DNA of 64,000 nucleotides, from IMG/VR virus record IMGVR_UViG_3300022744_000020, positions 124,001 to 188,000 of that record; one strand, 5' to 3'. The notes beneath the pieces were generated by a model. The model searched no databases. It worked only from the letters and a program-made list of their open reading frames with translations, and was not told where the DNA came from. A program made the translations under genes and the position numbers. Each line of letters begins with the position of its first letter. Within the stretch, counting starts at the first letter, position 1. This document shows positions 1 to 10,122 of the stretch, piece by piece.

Positions 1-336
1 GAAAACTAAATCTTTCTGACGAACGGAAGTTCCCCAATTGTTCAGCACCTCTCCGTCGACTTCAAAGTAATAGCGAGCGCCTGGCTGAAAGGCCAGCTTC
101 AACACATAGTCTCGACCATTGTGGTCAAACATCTGTATCTTTCCACCGCATTCTTTGTCGTACCACTTGATGTTTGTTGGAGGATAAGGGGAAACTTCTC
201 CCAGCAATCTAGATTTTCCGGACCCGTTGGTTCCGAGTACGCACTGATTCTTTTTGCTTGGAGTAATAACGAATTTATTGATAGCGTTGAGATCAAAACG
301 CTTAAATCCAACGATCTCCATGTGTTTCAGTTTCAT
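1..336 (-). CDS. sbcC: SbcC/Rad50 (SMC-like) ATPase, N-terminal part, truncated by window edge
   Basis: Not in the ORF track. Manual translation from ATG at 336: MKLKHMEIVGFKRFDLNAINKFVITPSKKNQCVLGTNGSGKSRLL..., with the SMC-type N-terminal strand and Walker A GTNGSGKS; open to position 1. Confidence 0.8.
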   Translation of the reverse strand, partial: MKLKHMEIVGFKRFDLNAINKFVITPSKKNQCVLGTNGSGKSRLLGEVSPYPPTNIKWYDKECGGKIQMFDHNGRDYVLKLAFQPGARYYFEVDGEVLNNWGTSVRQKDLVF

Positions 337-404
337 TTTTTATTGCTCCAATTAGCACACAACCCATGTAGTGATATGCTTAATTTACACCATAAGAGGA
401 ATTT

Positions 405-1268
405 ATGCTGCCGGATGACCTTGCTTCCGCGTTGAGATTTTGGTCCGATGGCGTTGTTGCTCAGAATAAAAAACTGGGGTCCATGGTCATCGAAGTGATC
501 CCATTGGAGAAGACACCGTATCTTGATAAGGATCTGTCGGCTACGCCGACTGTCGCTAAGACCACGGGCAAAGATGCGTTTGGAGGAGAATACAGCGTAG
601 AAGCTGAGACTCGAGCAAGCATTCAAGCAACTTGGCTTCCTCTGGGGGGAAGCAACCGCATCACGGCACCAGATGTTCGTCGCGGAGAGCCGGTAAGTAT
701 TGTTCGCTTTGCGAATCAAGACAAATACTACTGGGTGACGACACTCTTAGGTCAAAAGCTGCGTAAGCTAGAGACGGTAATTTTCGCATTCAGCGGCACT
801 AAAGACGAGAACGCCGAGGTTAGCCCTGAAACGCACTATTTCCTAGAGATAAGCACCCACCGGGGACAGGTCACTTTTCATACGAGTAAAGCCAACGGAG
901 AGCCCTACTCGTATGATCTGCAAATTGATACAAAGAACGGAAAGTTTCATTTCCAAGACGACGTCTCTAATTCGGTCTACTTGAATTCGGCACAAGCTCG
1001 ACTCAAGATGAGGAATACGAATGGGGCGTTCTTTGACATGTTAGCGGATGACATTACGATATCCGCGCCAAACAGAATCACGGTTAATTGTAAAGAGTAC
1101 GTTTGCTCTGCCTCCAGCTCTTATCAGGTAACAACGCAAGCATATACCGTTTCCAGCGGAACGGTAGGCTACAATTCTAGCGGAGCTTTCAGTATTGGTG
1201 CCAATGGCTTCTCGGTCGAGGGTGGAAGCTACGCAACGATCATGTCGATGAACACTATTGTGGAGTAA
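405..1268 (+). CDS. Central baseplate spike protein (phiKZ gp164 / T4 gp5-like)
   Basis: SD AGAGGA before ATG; N-terminal OB-fold-like region (WLPLGGSNRITAPDVRRGEPV); Ser/Thr/Gly-rich beta-strand repeats at the C-terminus; directly followed by a PAAR gene. Confidence 0.7.
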   Translation: MLPDDLASALRFWSDGVVAQNKKLGSMVIEVIPLEKTPYLDKDLSATPTVAKTTGKDAFGGEYSVEAETRASIQATWLPLGGSNRITAPDVRRGEPVSIVRFANQDKYYWVTTLLGQKLRKLETVIFAFSGTKDENAEVSPETHYFLEISTHRGQVTFHTSKANGEPYSYDLQIDTKNGKFHFQDDVSNSVYLNSAQARLKMRNTNGAFFDMLADDITISAPNRITVNCKEYVCSASSSYQVTTQAYTVSSGTVGYNSSGAFSIGANGFSVEGGSYATIMSMNTIVE

Positions 1269-1531
1269 TGATGGCCAGAAGAATCGCAGTCTTAGGGGAT
1301 ACGAGCAGCCATGGTGGCTCAGTTATTTCTGCCGGAGGTAAGTTTAGAATCGGTGGCAAATGGGTAGTGGTAGATGGTGACGCTCACGCATGTCCGAAAA
1401 GACATCACGGAATCACCCCGATTTCTGGAACTGGTTCCGTTAAGAGTGGTGGCCGACGAGCGGTAGTAGATGGCGATTCTGCGGCTTGTGGGGCCTCCAT
1501 TAACGCTAGTAGTAGCGTGGGTACCAAATAG
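1268..1531 (+). CDS. PAAR-domain spike tip protein
   Basis: RIAVLGDTSSHGG, HACPKRHHG, AVVDGDSAACGASI: PAAR-type repeats with His/Cys metal ligands. Confidence 0.9.
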   Translation: MMARRIAVLGDTSSHGGSVISAGGKFRIGGKWVVVDGDAHACPKRHHGITPISGTGSVKSGGRRAVVDGDSAACGASINASSSVGTK

Positions 1532-1536
1532 TCATT

Positions 1537-1580
1537 ATAATCCACCACAGGAGCCTTGAGGGGCCCTGTGGTGGATTATG
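1537..1580. terminator. Long-stem hairpin between convergent genes (stem + TATG class)
   Basis: ATAATCCACCACAGG (1537-1551) / CCTGTGGTGGATTAT (1565-1579), 15 bp. Confidence 0.75.
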
Positions 1581-1588
1581 TGCTTGAT

Positions 1589-2824
1589 TTAATTGAAGTC
1601 TTTCCCAATCTCCAAAAAGCAAGCCCGAGAAAGCGTCGTGGCGCGTTGAGGATCTCTTGCGTCTGAATAGCTGATCAGGTTTTTCAAATTGGAACTGTGA
1701 TAAGCTCGCTTTTGATCGTAAGCATCTTTACACCAAAGGGTGTATTTCCCGAACTCGGAGGTTTTCCAATACTCAGGCATCCTCCCGCTTCCGGTCACGA
1801 TTGGCCATTTAGGATCTACCTGGGTGAGATACTGATTCGGGATCCCCACGTTGCGAAGATGGTGAGTGCACGAATACAGATGTTTGGCATTCACGATCAC
1901 GGCAAAAGACTGACTGAGCTTCAGGTACTTTGTCAAGAAAGCATCCGAAGTAATCTGAGCCATCGAAAACTGAGAGGGGTTGTGAGGGGAGCTGACCAAT
2001 CCCAACTCACTAAAGTCCAGGAACTGACTAGCCTCATACAGCCGATCGAGCAGTTGATAGTTCTGAACATCCCACGCAAAGGTGTTTGGAGAGACGCGTC
2101 GGATACTTGCAGAGTCCGGCAGAATCAAATACCCACCGATAACAAAGATCACTTGCTTGTCGCTCAGATCCCGATCGAAATGGATATACGTCGACAACGC
2201 CATCGGTTCAGGATTAGATCCCTTGACGATATTTTCATCTTGGATCTTCACGTACTCGATTTCTCCGACGTTGAAGAAAGAAAGAATCCCGCACTGATTC
2301 TGACCACATCTACGGTTGCTCTTCATAGCGTCTTTCACCACGACGCCATTAATTTTGTCTGTTCCGATATAGTGCCAAAATCCGTTAATTGACACCATGC
2401 AGTTCTTGACAAAAGACTCGTAGTCTGAAGGAGGTTGACTGCGCGTCAGCAAAAGGTCATCAAGAAGCTCTGCAGCTCCAGTAACTCCGTAAATAGGCGA
2501 GTACGGATAGGCGGTGTAGTTCACCGCGAATGCATCCGAGTAACGGCAAGTCTTTACTTCGAAATTGGGTTTGTCGCACGTGACCAAAGAAGACGACCCT
2601 AAATCGATCAGCAGCTCGTCAAAGCGCTTACCGTATTGAGAGTAAATCGGAAGGAATTGATTAACGTCGATAAATTCCGGGGTACTGTCGCCGTACTGTA
2701 CTTGAGCGTAGATAGCCCGAAATCGTTCGAACAACATTCTCACCGTAAAAGAATTTACGTCGATGGTTTGCCAACGTTGGTCAATACCGCGGAGAATGCC
2801 TTTGAGTTCCAGGAGACGATACAT
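1589..2824 (-). CDS. Putative virion structural protein (phiKZ-like conserved)
   Basis: 411-aa ORF in the structural neighbourhood, ending at the hairpin; no catalytic motif recognised. Confidence 0.55.
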   Translation of the reverse strand: MYRLLELKGILRGIDQRWQTIDVNSFTVRMLFERFRAIYAQVQYGDSTPEFIDVNQFLPIYSQYGKRFDELLIDLGSSSLVTCDKPNFEVKTCRYSDAFAVNYTAYPYSPIYGVTGAAELLDDLLLTRSQPPSDYESFVKNCMVSINGFWHYIGTDKINGVVVKDAMKSNRRCGQNQCGILSFFNVGEIEYVKIQDENIVKGSNPEPMALSTYIHFDRDLSDKQVIFVIGGYLILPDSASIRRVSPNTFAWDVQNYQLLDRLYEASQFLDFSELGLVSSPHNPSQFSMAQITSDAFLTKYLKLSQSFAVIVNAKHLYSCTHHLRNVGIPNQYLTQVDPKWPIVTGSGRMPEYWKTSEFGKYTLWCKDAYDQKRAYHSSNLKNLISYSDARDPQRATTLSRACFLEIGKDFN

Positions 2825-2905
2825 GGCAGATGCCCTTTAAGAGAAAATTGGATTGGGTGGAAACGATCAAAATCCTATAGCCGACACTTACTTATAGGAC
2901 CCGTC

Positions 2906-3850
2906 ATGCCATTTAGTTATTCTTTTGATCAAACCGGGCAAGACCCGGCAAATAAAGTCACGGGAGAAACCCACATCATTACGGCGGTCAATCATCCTGA
3001 CTTTCATCTGATTGTCCCGACCTATGGTCCGTTCTTTGCCAACGACTCTTTCAAGGCATTTTACCGGGAAGCGGGAGGAGCCTCCCGACCACTGGCCGAA
3101 GGGGTTGATTTCCACTTCGGTCACGACTTTATCGAAGCTCGAGAATCTCTGAAGCTTCCTGTGTCGGCAAGCATCGTTTTGCTGAATCGGGATTTGGCCG
3201 GAGAAATCGTCACGAACTACCAGGCATTGGGTGGCAAATGGTCGATCAACCCTTTGGCTATTCAGCAAGCGCTGATTGACAAGCTTCGAAATCCTCGAGT
3301 GATTTCATACGAGCAGATCGCCAATCTGCCTGAACGCTTTCCGGTCATCAATCACCCACTGAACATTGAAGATGTTCATGGCATGGCTGAGATTCGGGAC
3401 ATGATTCTGAAGGTGGCTGAAGCCATCACGAACAAGGTTGTCAGTGGTTCCGGTACTCCGTTCAATCTGGAAGTCCGCCCTTTCACCAAAAAATCTATCG
3501 GATTGGGATCGGTGGTAAACGCTGGTTTTGCGTCGGATGAAACCAGTCGTCTTGGGGAGGCTCTGAACCTTTATTTGAATCCTCGTGGCGGACGACTGGT
3601 TGCTGAAAAGGTCGTCGCTCTGTTCTTTGACAAGTACCTCAAGGACACTTTTTCAAATGTTCCGCCGAGTGCCGGTACTTGGACCACGGGGCAGTACGTT
3701 TACTGTACCAATCCGACAGTGAAAGATTTTCCTCCCAGTCATCCGATGTACGGAGTGAAATATCGCGTCCGAGGATGGAAGAGACTCACCAATGGAAGCA
3801 CGCACGTTCTTGAAACTGATTGGATGACGGATCCGATGATTCTGATCTGA
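2906..3850 (+). CDS. Putative virion structural protein
   Basis: Likely start MPFSYSFDQTG with SD ATAGGA; motif FPVINHPLNIEDVHGM resembles phiKZ-like baseplate/tail proteins (from recollection). Confidence 0.5.
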   Translation: MPFSYSFDQTGQDPANKVTGETHIITAVNHPDFHLIVPTYGPFFANDSFKAFYREAGGASRPLAEGVDFHFGHDFIEARESLKLPVSASIVLLNRDLAGEIVTNYQALGGKWSINPLAIQQALIDKLRNPRVISYEQIANLPERFPVINHPLNIEDVHGMAEIRDMILKVAEAITNKVVSGSGTPFNLEVRPFTKKSIGLGSVVNAGFASDETSRLGEALNLYLNPRGGRLVAEKVVALFFDKYLKDTFSNVPPSAGTWTTGQYVYCTNPTVKDFPPSHPMYGVKYRVRGWKRLTNGSTHVLETDWMTDPMILI

Positions 3851-3856
3851 CAGCAG

Positions 3857-3899
3857 CATACCCCACCATCTAGGAGAACATCCTAGATGGTGGGGTATG
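3857..3899. terminator. Long-stem hairpin between convergent genes (stem + TATG class)
   Basis: CATACCCCACCATCTAGGA / TCCTAGATGGTGGGGTATG, perfect 19 bp; TATG at the base on both strands. Confidence 0.8.
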
Positions 3900-3905
3900 T
3901 GTGTT

Positions 3906-4340
3906 TCAAGCTGCTCGAAGTTTCTCTAATTCGGCATCTAACCTTTCTTTCTCTTCTTTGTCTTTCTTTATCGCATCTTGGAGCTTTCTTTGACCATATT
4001 GGATAATCAAAGAGACTTCAAGACTCGAGCGCTTTAGAAACTTATCTATATCCAGGCCCGTGAGGTCCTTGATTTTCAACTCGTCGTAAAGCTTCAGGAG
4101 AGAAGAAAAGCGATCGAAGGGGTCAGGGTTTTCACTGTCATGATACTCGATGCCGACCAGAGGTCTGGCGTAAGAATCCCCTAACTCCGCTTCTTTGATT
4201 GCTTGACCCACGTGATCAAAAACTCCGAAGTCTTGCTGATACGCCTCGGTCAGATAACGGTGTGCGGTTACGCGATCCTCCGCCACTACTGAATCTAAGA
4301 CGTATTGCAAGTAAGGTCTTGGGGTTTTATCCGGGTTCAA
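3906..4340 (-). CDS. Hypothetical protein
   Basis: 144-aa ORF co-oriented with the upstream minus-strand genes; charged C-terminal helix. Confidence 0.6.
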   Translation of the reverse strand: MNPDKTPRPYLQYVLDSVVAEDRVTAHRYLTEAYQQDFGVFDHVGQAIKEAELGDSYARPLVGIEYHDSENPDPFDRFSSLLKLYDELKIKDLTGLDIDKFLKRSSLEVSLIIQYGQRKLQDAIKKDKEEKERLDAELEKLRAA

Positions 4341-4390
4341 CGGATCTTTCTTCCAAGGGTTCTCTTCGAAGTCTGGATCTAGTACATGGA

Positions 4391-5824
4391 TCAGCGACGA
4401 CGAATTCGGGGAATCTTGCCTTCGAGCAGCGAGAAAAAAACCCGGTTCAGATCGATAGGAATGATGTTGGGGAACGCATCACCTTCCTTGGCGAGCTTCT
4501 GGGGTTTCTTGCACTCCGTGCAAGTGAATGTCCACGTACCCACTACCGCGACCAGGGAGTCATTCTTGAACTCCTTCATGGCCTTGAAATACATCTCTCG
4601 CAGATCGTCGTCGGCCGAGAGTCGCGGCAGCAGGGTTTCAGTGATCTGCTCACGATCCGTGACGCTGGCCTGCTTGAGAGCGATGCGTTCGACGAAATGA
4701 GAGAACTGACACATCGCGGTGGCTTGCGATTGCGTGTACAGGAAACCGTTGCGGCGCTCGATGCTCTCCACGACTGCGTTTCCATAGGCTTCCACCAGTG
4801 ACTCCACCCACTGGTTGCTTTCTTGGAAGTAGCGTTCCAGGTTGCTCGGGGCCAGGATGATCTGCAGACCGGTCTTGTCGTAGGTCAGAGTGTTGGCCGT
4901 GCGCACCTGGAATTCGTCCTGGTACGCCTTCAGATCCGCCGGAGTCATGCTGTTGGGAGCACGCTTCCACCAGTGACTGCGCTGCCATGGCGTGAAGCGA
5001 CTCCGATCGACGTGGATCTGATAAGCCATGTCTGCCGTGATCTTTTCCTCGTGAGTGCACTTCAGGGGATCCACGATGCAGTACCGGCGGTACTGGTATC
5101 CTCGCGGATAGATCACCGAGATCAGCGCCGCCTTCAGGAGAGGAAGATCGAAGACCGAGATGTATTTGGTGTACGACTCGCCAGCCGGAAGAGCCAGGGA
5201 GCTGGAGTGGATACAACGGCTGAGGATGAAGTTGACGATTGCTTCATCCACATAGGCCGTGTTCGAAGAGAAGGCCAGACCGTAGGTTTGACGACCCAGT
5301 TCGATTTTTTGATCGTGGATGACCCGGTACAGATCGACCACCTCACCTTCGTCTGGCGTACGCAGTCGAAGCCAGAAGCCCGAGTGCCACAGCGGAAAGG
5401 ACTTGGTGACGATGCTGCGCTGACCTTCCAGAATGAGGGAAGCCGCGATCTCCGGATTCACCGAGTCAGTACGCTTTCGCGTCGGCTCCGAAACACCGAT
5501 CTCTCCGTTTTCATGCTGGAGAGTTTTCGACCAGTCGGCGCCTTCGCGCTCCACCGCACCCACGAAGTCTTGCTCGTACGTCAGGATTTTGATGGACTCT
5601 TTGACCCCATCCATCCAACGCCGAGCGCTGTCACCCTTGAAGTCTTCGTTGGGGACACGGCTGGCGAAATCGTTGATCTGACTGTACGTGCCAGAAGGCA
5701 TCGCAATGTCTTCGAGGTACTCGACGAATTGGGTGTTCAGCACATGTCCCGGCTGGGGTTCAGGTGCTTGGTCGTAGTCGAACTCGTCGATCGGTTCTTG
5801 GCTGGGGTTCAGTTCTTCGCTCAT
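4391..5824 (-). CDS. Conserved phiKZ-like hypothetical protein with C-terminal CxxC
   Basis: 477 aa, strong codon bias; acidic N-terminus; FTCTECKKPQ near the C-terminus. Confidence 0.65.
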   Translation of the reverse strand: MSEELNPSQEPIDEFDYDQAPEPQPGHVLNTQFVEYLEDIAMPSGTYSQINDFASRVPNEDFKGDSARRWMDGVKESIKILTYEQDFVGAVEREGADWSKTLQHENGEIGVSEPTRKRTDSVNPEIAASLILEGQRSIVTKSFPLWHSGFWLRLRTPDEGEVVDLYRVIHDQKIELGRQTYGLAFSSNTAYVDEAIVNFILSRCIHSSSLALPAGESYTKYISVFDLPLLKAALISVIYPRGYQYRRYCIVDPLKCTHEEKITADMAYQIHVDRSRFTPWQRSHWWKRAPNSMTPADLKAYQDEFQVRTANTLTYDKTGLQIILAPSNLERYFQESNQWVESLVEAYGNAVVESIERRNGFLYTQSQATAMCQFSHFVERIALKQASVTDREQITETLLPRLSADDDLREMYFKAMKEFKNDSLVAVVGTWTFTCTECKKPQKLAKEGDAFPNIIPIDLNRVFFSLLEGKIPRIRRR

Positions 5825-5846
5825 GGAGTTGGTCCGAGTGGGTGGA

Positions 5847-6329
5847 TTAACGGGCCGTCATTTCGACGATCTGATCGTGCAGGGGAACCACGTTCTTTTG
5901 GAAATATTCGAACAGGATCATCGCGTTGGAGTACACCTCCATTGCTTTGGCGTTTTCTTCCAGGCCATTGACGAGGCCCGTGCGCCCTTGAACCTGAGAT
6001 TGGAGCTGTTGGTTCTGAAGGCGAAGCCGCTGGAAGTCCTGACTGATCGTGGTGACCAGGCGGGTGAGTTCAGCCACACTTTCATCCGTGCCGCCGGGAC
6101 ATCCGCGCTTGTGATATTCCGTCACGACGTGGCCGACGCTGGAAGCAGCCTCCTCCATCACGCCTTCGAATTGGGTCGTCACCGTGACGATGGTGGCCCA
6201 GTCGGTTTTCTGGTTATCGGGGATGTCGATCCCCGCTTCGCTCATGAAAGCATCGACTTGACCAAAAACGGTGTTTTCGTTCGGGTCCATTTGTCCGGTG
6301 GGGGAGACCGTGACGGAAATTTCAGACAT
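5847..6329 (-). CDS. Hypothetical coiled-coil protein
   Basis: 160 aa, strong GC3 bias; heptad-like Q/L-rich segment. Confidence 0.6.
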   Translation of the reverse strand: MSEISVTVSPTGQMDPNENTVFGQVDAFMSEAGIDIPDNQKTDWATIVTVTTQFEGVMEEAASSVGHVVTEYHKRGCPGGTDESVAELTRLVTTISQDFQRLRLQNQQLQSQVQGRTGLVNGLEENAKAMEVYSNAMILFEYFQKNVVPLHDQIVEMTAR

Positions 6330-6485
6330 GGGTGAGCCTTTATGAATTCGTGGAAAGTGTCCGATTTTATGATGAGTCTAAAATTCGGCTACAAATGATT
6401 GTAGCCCTAGTTAAAAATACGCCGTTATTCTTAGGCCCTCGGTCAAGAATAGCTAGCCCAAAATAACCCAACTGTAGAGGTTTGC

Positions 6486-7343
6486 ATGCTGAGCAGCAAT
6501 GAAGTATTTACTCTTTTAGTCAAAACCTGCAACGACCACCGTCCGATGCTCTACCGTCGCATGGAGGGTATTTTTGAAAAATACAACGTAACCGCGTGGT
6601 TGGAAATCATCGATCTGGCAATCATGAACCGAGAAAACCTCTCAGGGTCTGAAATGGCCGGGCTGATTTTCGAACAGCTCTCGATGATTGCGGACGATCT
6701 GTTCCAGGTCCAAGGCGTCAATCTTAACTCGGACGCTGAGATTCCGCTTTCGATCAAAGCGGAAATGCTCGAGGGGATGAACGCAATCACGACCTACGAG
6801 GACAAGCTCACGATGATGCGCCTGATGGAGTCCGACTCTTCGCCTGAGGAAAAGTACGCCGAGGCTTTGAGTTTGGTTTGTGCGGTTGACGTTGGCACCA
6901 TGCTGAGCTATGTCGAGAGCGTGGAAGATCACTTCCCGACATTGGTTATCAATGCGCTTGCTTACGTTGAGGAGCAAGAGGCTCTCAAATCTTTCACGCC
7001 CATCATCGGTAGAATGAAGGACTTTATTTCTCGAGTGCTCAGTTTAGGCGATCACCCGCTGCTGAAGTATTTAGATCAGAACACCACCATCGGACTGGAG
7101 TTTTCTCAGTACGTGGAAATGGAGAAAGTCAATGGGTTGTTCTCCGGCGATTTGTTAGAAGATACTCCGGCGCGAGAGGCTGCCGTTTCTTTGGTTCTTT
7201 TGGCATGCTTGAGCAAAGACGGTTTCCAGAATCCTCAAGTCACAGTCCAAGACTATATCTTCAAGGAGTTCAAGGACACTCAGATTGCTACGAAGCTCTG
7301 CGTGTTCATGAATGAGGTTTTGGCTCAACTCAATCGTGGCTAA
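6486..7343 (+). CDS. Conserved hypothetical protein upstream of the vRNAP subunit
   Basis: 285 aa, SD AGAGG, stop 2 nt before the RNAP gene. Confidence 0.65.
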   Translation: MLSSNEVFTLLVKTCNDHRPMLYRRMEGIFEKYNVTAWLEIIDLAIMNRENLSGSEMAGLIFEQLSMIADDLFQVQGVNLNSDAEIPLSIKAEMLEGMNAITTYEDKLTMMRLMESDSSPEEKYAEALSLVCAVDVGTMLSYVESVEDHFPTLVINALAYVEEQEALKSFTPIIGRMKDFISRVLSLGDHPLLKYLDQNTTIGLEFSQYVEMEKVNGLFSGDLLEDTPAREAAVSLVLLACLSKDGFQNPQVTVQDYIFKEFKDTQIATKLCVFMNEVLAQLNRG

Positions 7344-7345
7344 TC

Positions 7346-8641
7346 ATGATCGTCGAAGAATACTTTATCAAAGCCTGCCAGGCGGGAATGTACCGCGTCG
7401 CTGATTGGGTTATCTCTGTATTCAGCATGACCTCTGGTGATCCCGAAGTCATTGAGCCTTACGCTCTGGTGTCCGATCCAACGGGGTATTATTATTTTGA
7501 CGAGAACCTGGTCAAACAAAAGATCGTCGGCTCTATCGCTACCAAACCTCTCTTGGAAGTGAATGAAGAGCTGATGATCAAGCCTGGGGACATTCCCAAT
7601 CTACAGCAGGAGATCCGGACGACTTACGGCAACCTACTGGGAAATTGGATTGTTCTTGTTTACGGACTTGGTTCTCGGATCCCCTACATCAACGACCGCA
7701 TCAACATCAAAGCGGTCGAAGACCAGATTCTCAAGCGGTTTGAATCTGATCCTGAAAACGAAGAGGACCGAGACCCCGAGAAGATTTATGTTTCGGACTA
7801 CCTCAACTACACCGACGGCGTTTTCTTCCTGACCGAAGTCACTCAAGTTTTCACGGTCGCCAACACGGAAAAGAACATCCTCCCTCCCGATGGGTTGAAA
7901 GAATATCGACAAAGCCTGCTGGACAAATACCGCAATGAGCTGGACAAGCCAGAAGTCGTCGCCATGATCGATCGATTGCTGATCGAGTTCGACGCCAGAT
8001 GGCGGGGCAATGACGAAGGCAATAAATTCCTAGATGTTTCTGGGAAGGCCGTGAAAATGGTTCGCCGTCAGAAGTTCCTGATGGTGGGCAATGTAGGCGG
8101 CCTCGGGGAAGTCAAGGGCAGTGGCGGGTTTGTTGGAAAGAGTCTTTACGAAGGGATTGATACAGACAACTGGGAAGCGCTCAACGACACCCTGCGTGGT
8201 GGCTCCTACGGTCGTGGTCAAGAAACCATGTTGTCGGGCGTGGACGTGAAGTGGTTGGAGCGTATCTCCTCTGGTGTTCGAGTCATTGACGGTTTTTGCG
8301 GCACCAAAGTTGGTAGGCCGATGACCATCACAAAGGCTTTGATCCCTAAGATCGTTGGCTTCAGTGAAATTACCGCGCAGGGGCAAACACCGATCGACAC
8401 CGAAGAGCAGGCTGGTACCTACTTGGGCAAGACCATCATGGTCAGCTCTCCGATGTTCTGTATCCAGGAGGGGATCGATCGTTGTGGTATTTGCATGGGT
8501 GCTCGTCTGAGAGCCGCTCCAGACGCGGCCTCAAAGTCCCTGTCAAACGAAGCCTCGATCATGATGAACATCTTCATGGCCAAGATGCACGGGACGGCGC
8601 TAGAGACCGTTCGGATGGATCCAGTCACCACGCTGTATTGA
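7346..8641 (+). CDS. Virion RNA polymerase beta-prime subunit, C-terminal part (phiKZ gp80-like)
   Basis: Beta-prime C-terminal motifs: bridge-helix-like GGSYGRGQETMLSG, DGFCGT (cf. DCGT), SPMFC...CGICMG (cf. RSPLTC...CxxCYG Zn site), trigger-loop-like MMNIFMAKMHG. Confidence 0.85.
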   Translation: MIVEEYFIKACQAGMYRVADWVISVFSMTSGDPEVIEPYALVSDPTGYYYFDENLVKQKIVGSIATKPLLEVNEELMIKPGDIPNLQQEIRTTYGNLLGNWIVLVYGLGSRIPYINDRINIKAVEDQILKRFESDPENEEDRDPEKIYVSDYLNYTDGVFFLTEVTQVFTVANTEKNILPPDGLKEYRQSLLDKYRNELDKPEVVAMIDRLLIEFDARWRGNDEGNKFLDVSGKAVKMVRRQKFLMVGNVGGLGEVKGSGGFVGKSLYEGIDTDNWEALNDTLRGGSYGRGQETMLSGVDVKWLERISSGVRVIDGFCGTKVGRPMTITKALIPKIVGFSEITAQGQTPIDTEEQAGTYLGKTIMVSSPMFCIQEGIDRCGICMGARLRAAPDAASKSLSNEASIMMNIFMAKMHGTALETVRMDPVTTLY

Positions 8642-8653
8642 TCTCTCAACGAA

Positions 8654-9208
8654 ATGAGCAAATCTCACATTTACCAAGGTGTTGAGTACCTGGAGCTTGA
8701 TGAATATCCAGGCTATGCAATCTCGGCTTCGGCCGAGGTGCTAAATCTGAGAACACTCAAGCTCCAGAAAACGCACGTCAAAACCAGAGTAACAAAAGGA
8801 CAAGTCAAACCAGCGCATCACTTGGTTGCAATGACCATTTCCGGAAAGCGCTGCTGCGTTAGACTCGCCAGAATGTTCGCTTTAGCTTTCATTCCTCCAC
8901 CTAAAGAGTTGGAGAATAAACGACTTGAGGTCTCGTACTTAGATCCAAACAATCTTTTCCCCACAAAAGAGACGGTTGAGTGGGTTTTGGTGAGTGCCCG
9001 GAACAATACACGAATGTGTGAGGTTCTCGATTCCGAAACAAAATCGCGTAAGGTTTACGCCAGCATAAAAGAGATGTGCCGCGATCAAGGAATCAGTCAC
9101 CGCCAGCTTTATCCGCTACTGAGAGGTCACGAGAACGAGTGCCGTTTCTCTAGAGGAGTCAGGTCGATCATCGTACATCCGAGGGACAAGAAAATTCCCT
9201 TAAAATAA
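8654..9208 (+). CDS. NUMOD4/HNH/NUMOD1-type homing-endonuclease-like protein, apparently catalytically degenerate
   Basis: NUMOD4-like YPGYAISASAEV; RLARMFALAFIPPP (cf. VHRLVAxAFIPNP); EVSYLDPNNLFPTKETVEWV lacks the HNH His and Asn; C-terminal YASIKEMCRDQGIS helix-turn-helix. Confidence 0.6.
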   Translation: MSKSHIYQGVEYLELDEYPGYAISASAEVLNLRTLKLQKTHVKTRVTKGQVKPAHHLVAMTISGKRCCVRLARMFALAFIPPPKELENKRLEVSYLDPNNLFPTKETVEWVLVSARNNTRMCEVLDSETKSRKVYASIKEMCRDQGISHRQLYPLLRGHENECRFSRGVRSIIVHPRDKKIPLK

Positions 9209-9255
9209 TAATCCACTCGAATAGTCTGATTGACGAAAAGTCTATCCCATTAACA

Positions 9256-10068
9256 TTGGAGAACACATCAACTATGGCCACCGCCAAACGACGAGCTCCA
9301 TTCGTCACTGCCAACCCCAACGTCACGGCCGCACCAGTCGCAGCGCCCGCACCCAGCACCGAAGGATCGATCATGTCTGAAGAACCCCAAGCCGCAGTCG
9401 AAGAGACTGCACAACAACCGGCCGTTCCCGTGGAACTGACGATCGAAAAGATCGTTCTCGAACCCGAAGTGCAAGAACCCAAGGTCGAAGCCCAGGCCCC
9501 GGCGGAGGAGCCCAAGGTCGAAGTGGCTCCTCCCGCAGAACCGGAAGTTCCGGTGGAGAAGGCAGTCGATCTGAGCCCGTACACCCAGGGTCTCAAGCTC
9601 GATGAGGTTGCGATCAACGCCATCGAACAAGTCGTGGCACGAAAAGATTTCTCCGCCACTGCTCTGCTGTCCCAGATCCTCGACTACGCTCGCAAGATGG
9701 GGCGCAGTGGTGGCCTCAGCCCGGAACGCGCTGCACAGGAGCAAGCTGCACTGTATCGCACGCTGATCAACCTGATCCGTCTCGAAAATGGGGATTCGTA
9801 TCGCCGGCTGATCAATCTGACGGTCTACCTCTTCAAGATCCTGGGTCGCTCGGGTGATGTCTTCTGTGACACGATGGTGATGCGGTACACCGAGAACGTT
9901 CCGCTCGGTCATGGCGATCTGCGCGCCTGGGGAAACCTGATCAACCTGCTGCGCCTGTGTGCTGACGAATCGGATCGTGCCGTCCGCCGTCGCAGCTTCA
10001 GCATCGACCGTGCACTCGCGCATCTCACCGATGCAGATCGTGCTCGACTGAACACCGCGCTGATGTAA
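9256..10068 (+). CDS. Hypothetical protein with Ala/Pro/Glu-rich disordered N-terminus
   Basis: 270 aa, strong codon bias; helical C-terminal domain. Confidence 0.65.
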   Translation: MENTSTMATAKRRAPFVTANPNVTAAPVAAPAPSTEGSIMSEEPQAAVEETAQQPAVPVELTIEKIVLEPEVQEPKVEAQAPAEEPKVEVAPPAEPEVPVEKAVDLSPYTQGLKLDEVAINAIEQVVARKDFSATALLSQILDYARKMGRSGGLSPERAAQEQAALYRTLINLIRLENGDSYRRLINLTVYLFKILGRSGDVFCDTMVMRYTENVPLGHGDLRAWGNLINLLRLCADESDRAVRRRSFSIDRALAHLTDADRARLNTALM

Positions 10069-10076
10069 ATCACGCA

Positions 10077-10121
10077 ATACACCCTACCTTCGGCCTAACG
10101 GTACCGAAGGTAGGGTGTATG
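10077..10121 (+). terminator. Long-stem hairpin (stem + TATG class)
   Basis: ATACACCCTACCTTCGG / CCGAAGGTAGGGTGTAT, 17 bp, then G. Confidence 0.75.
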
Positions 10122-10122
10122 A

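Noticed and set aside
405-1531. Type VI secretion VgrG/PAAR locus
   Set aside because: The context is a phage virion; a spike plus PAAR tip is known in phiKZ-like baseplates, and no other T6SS genes are present.
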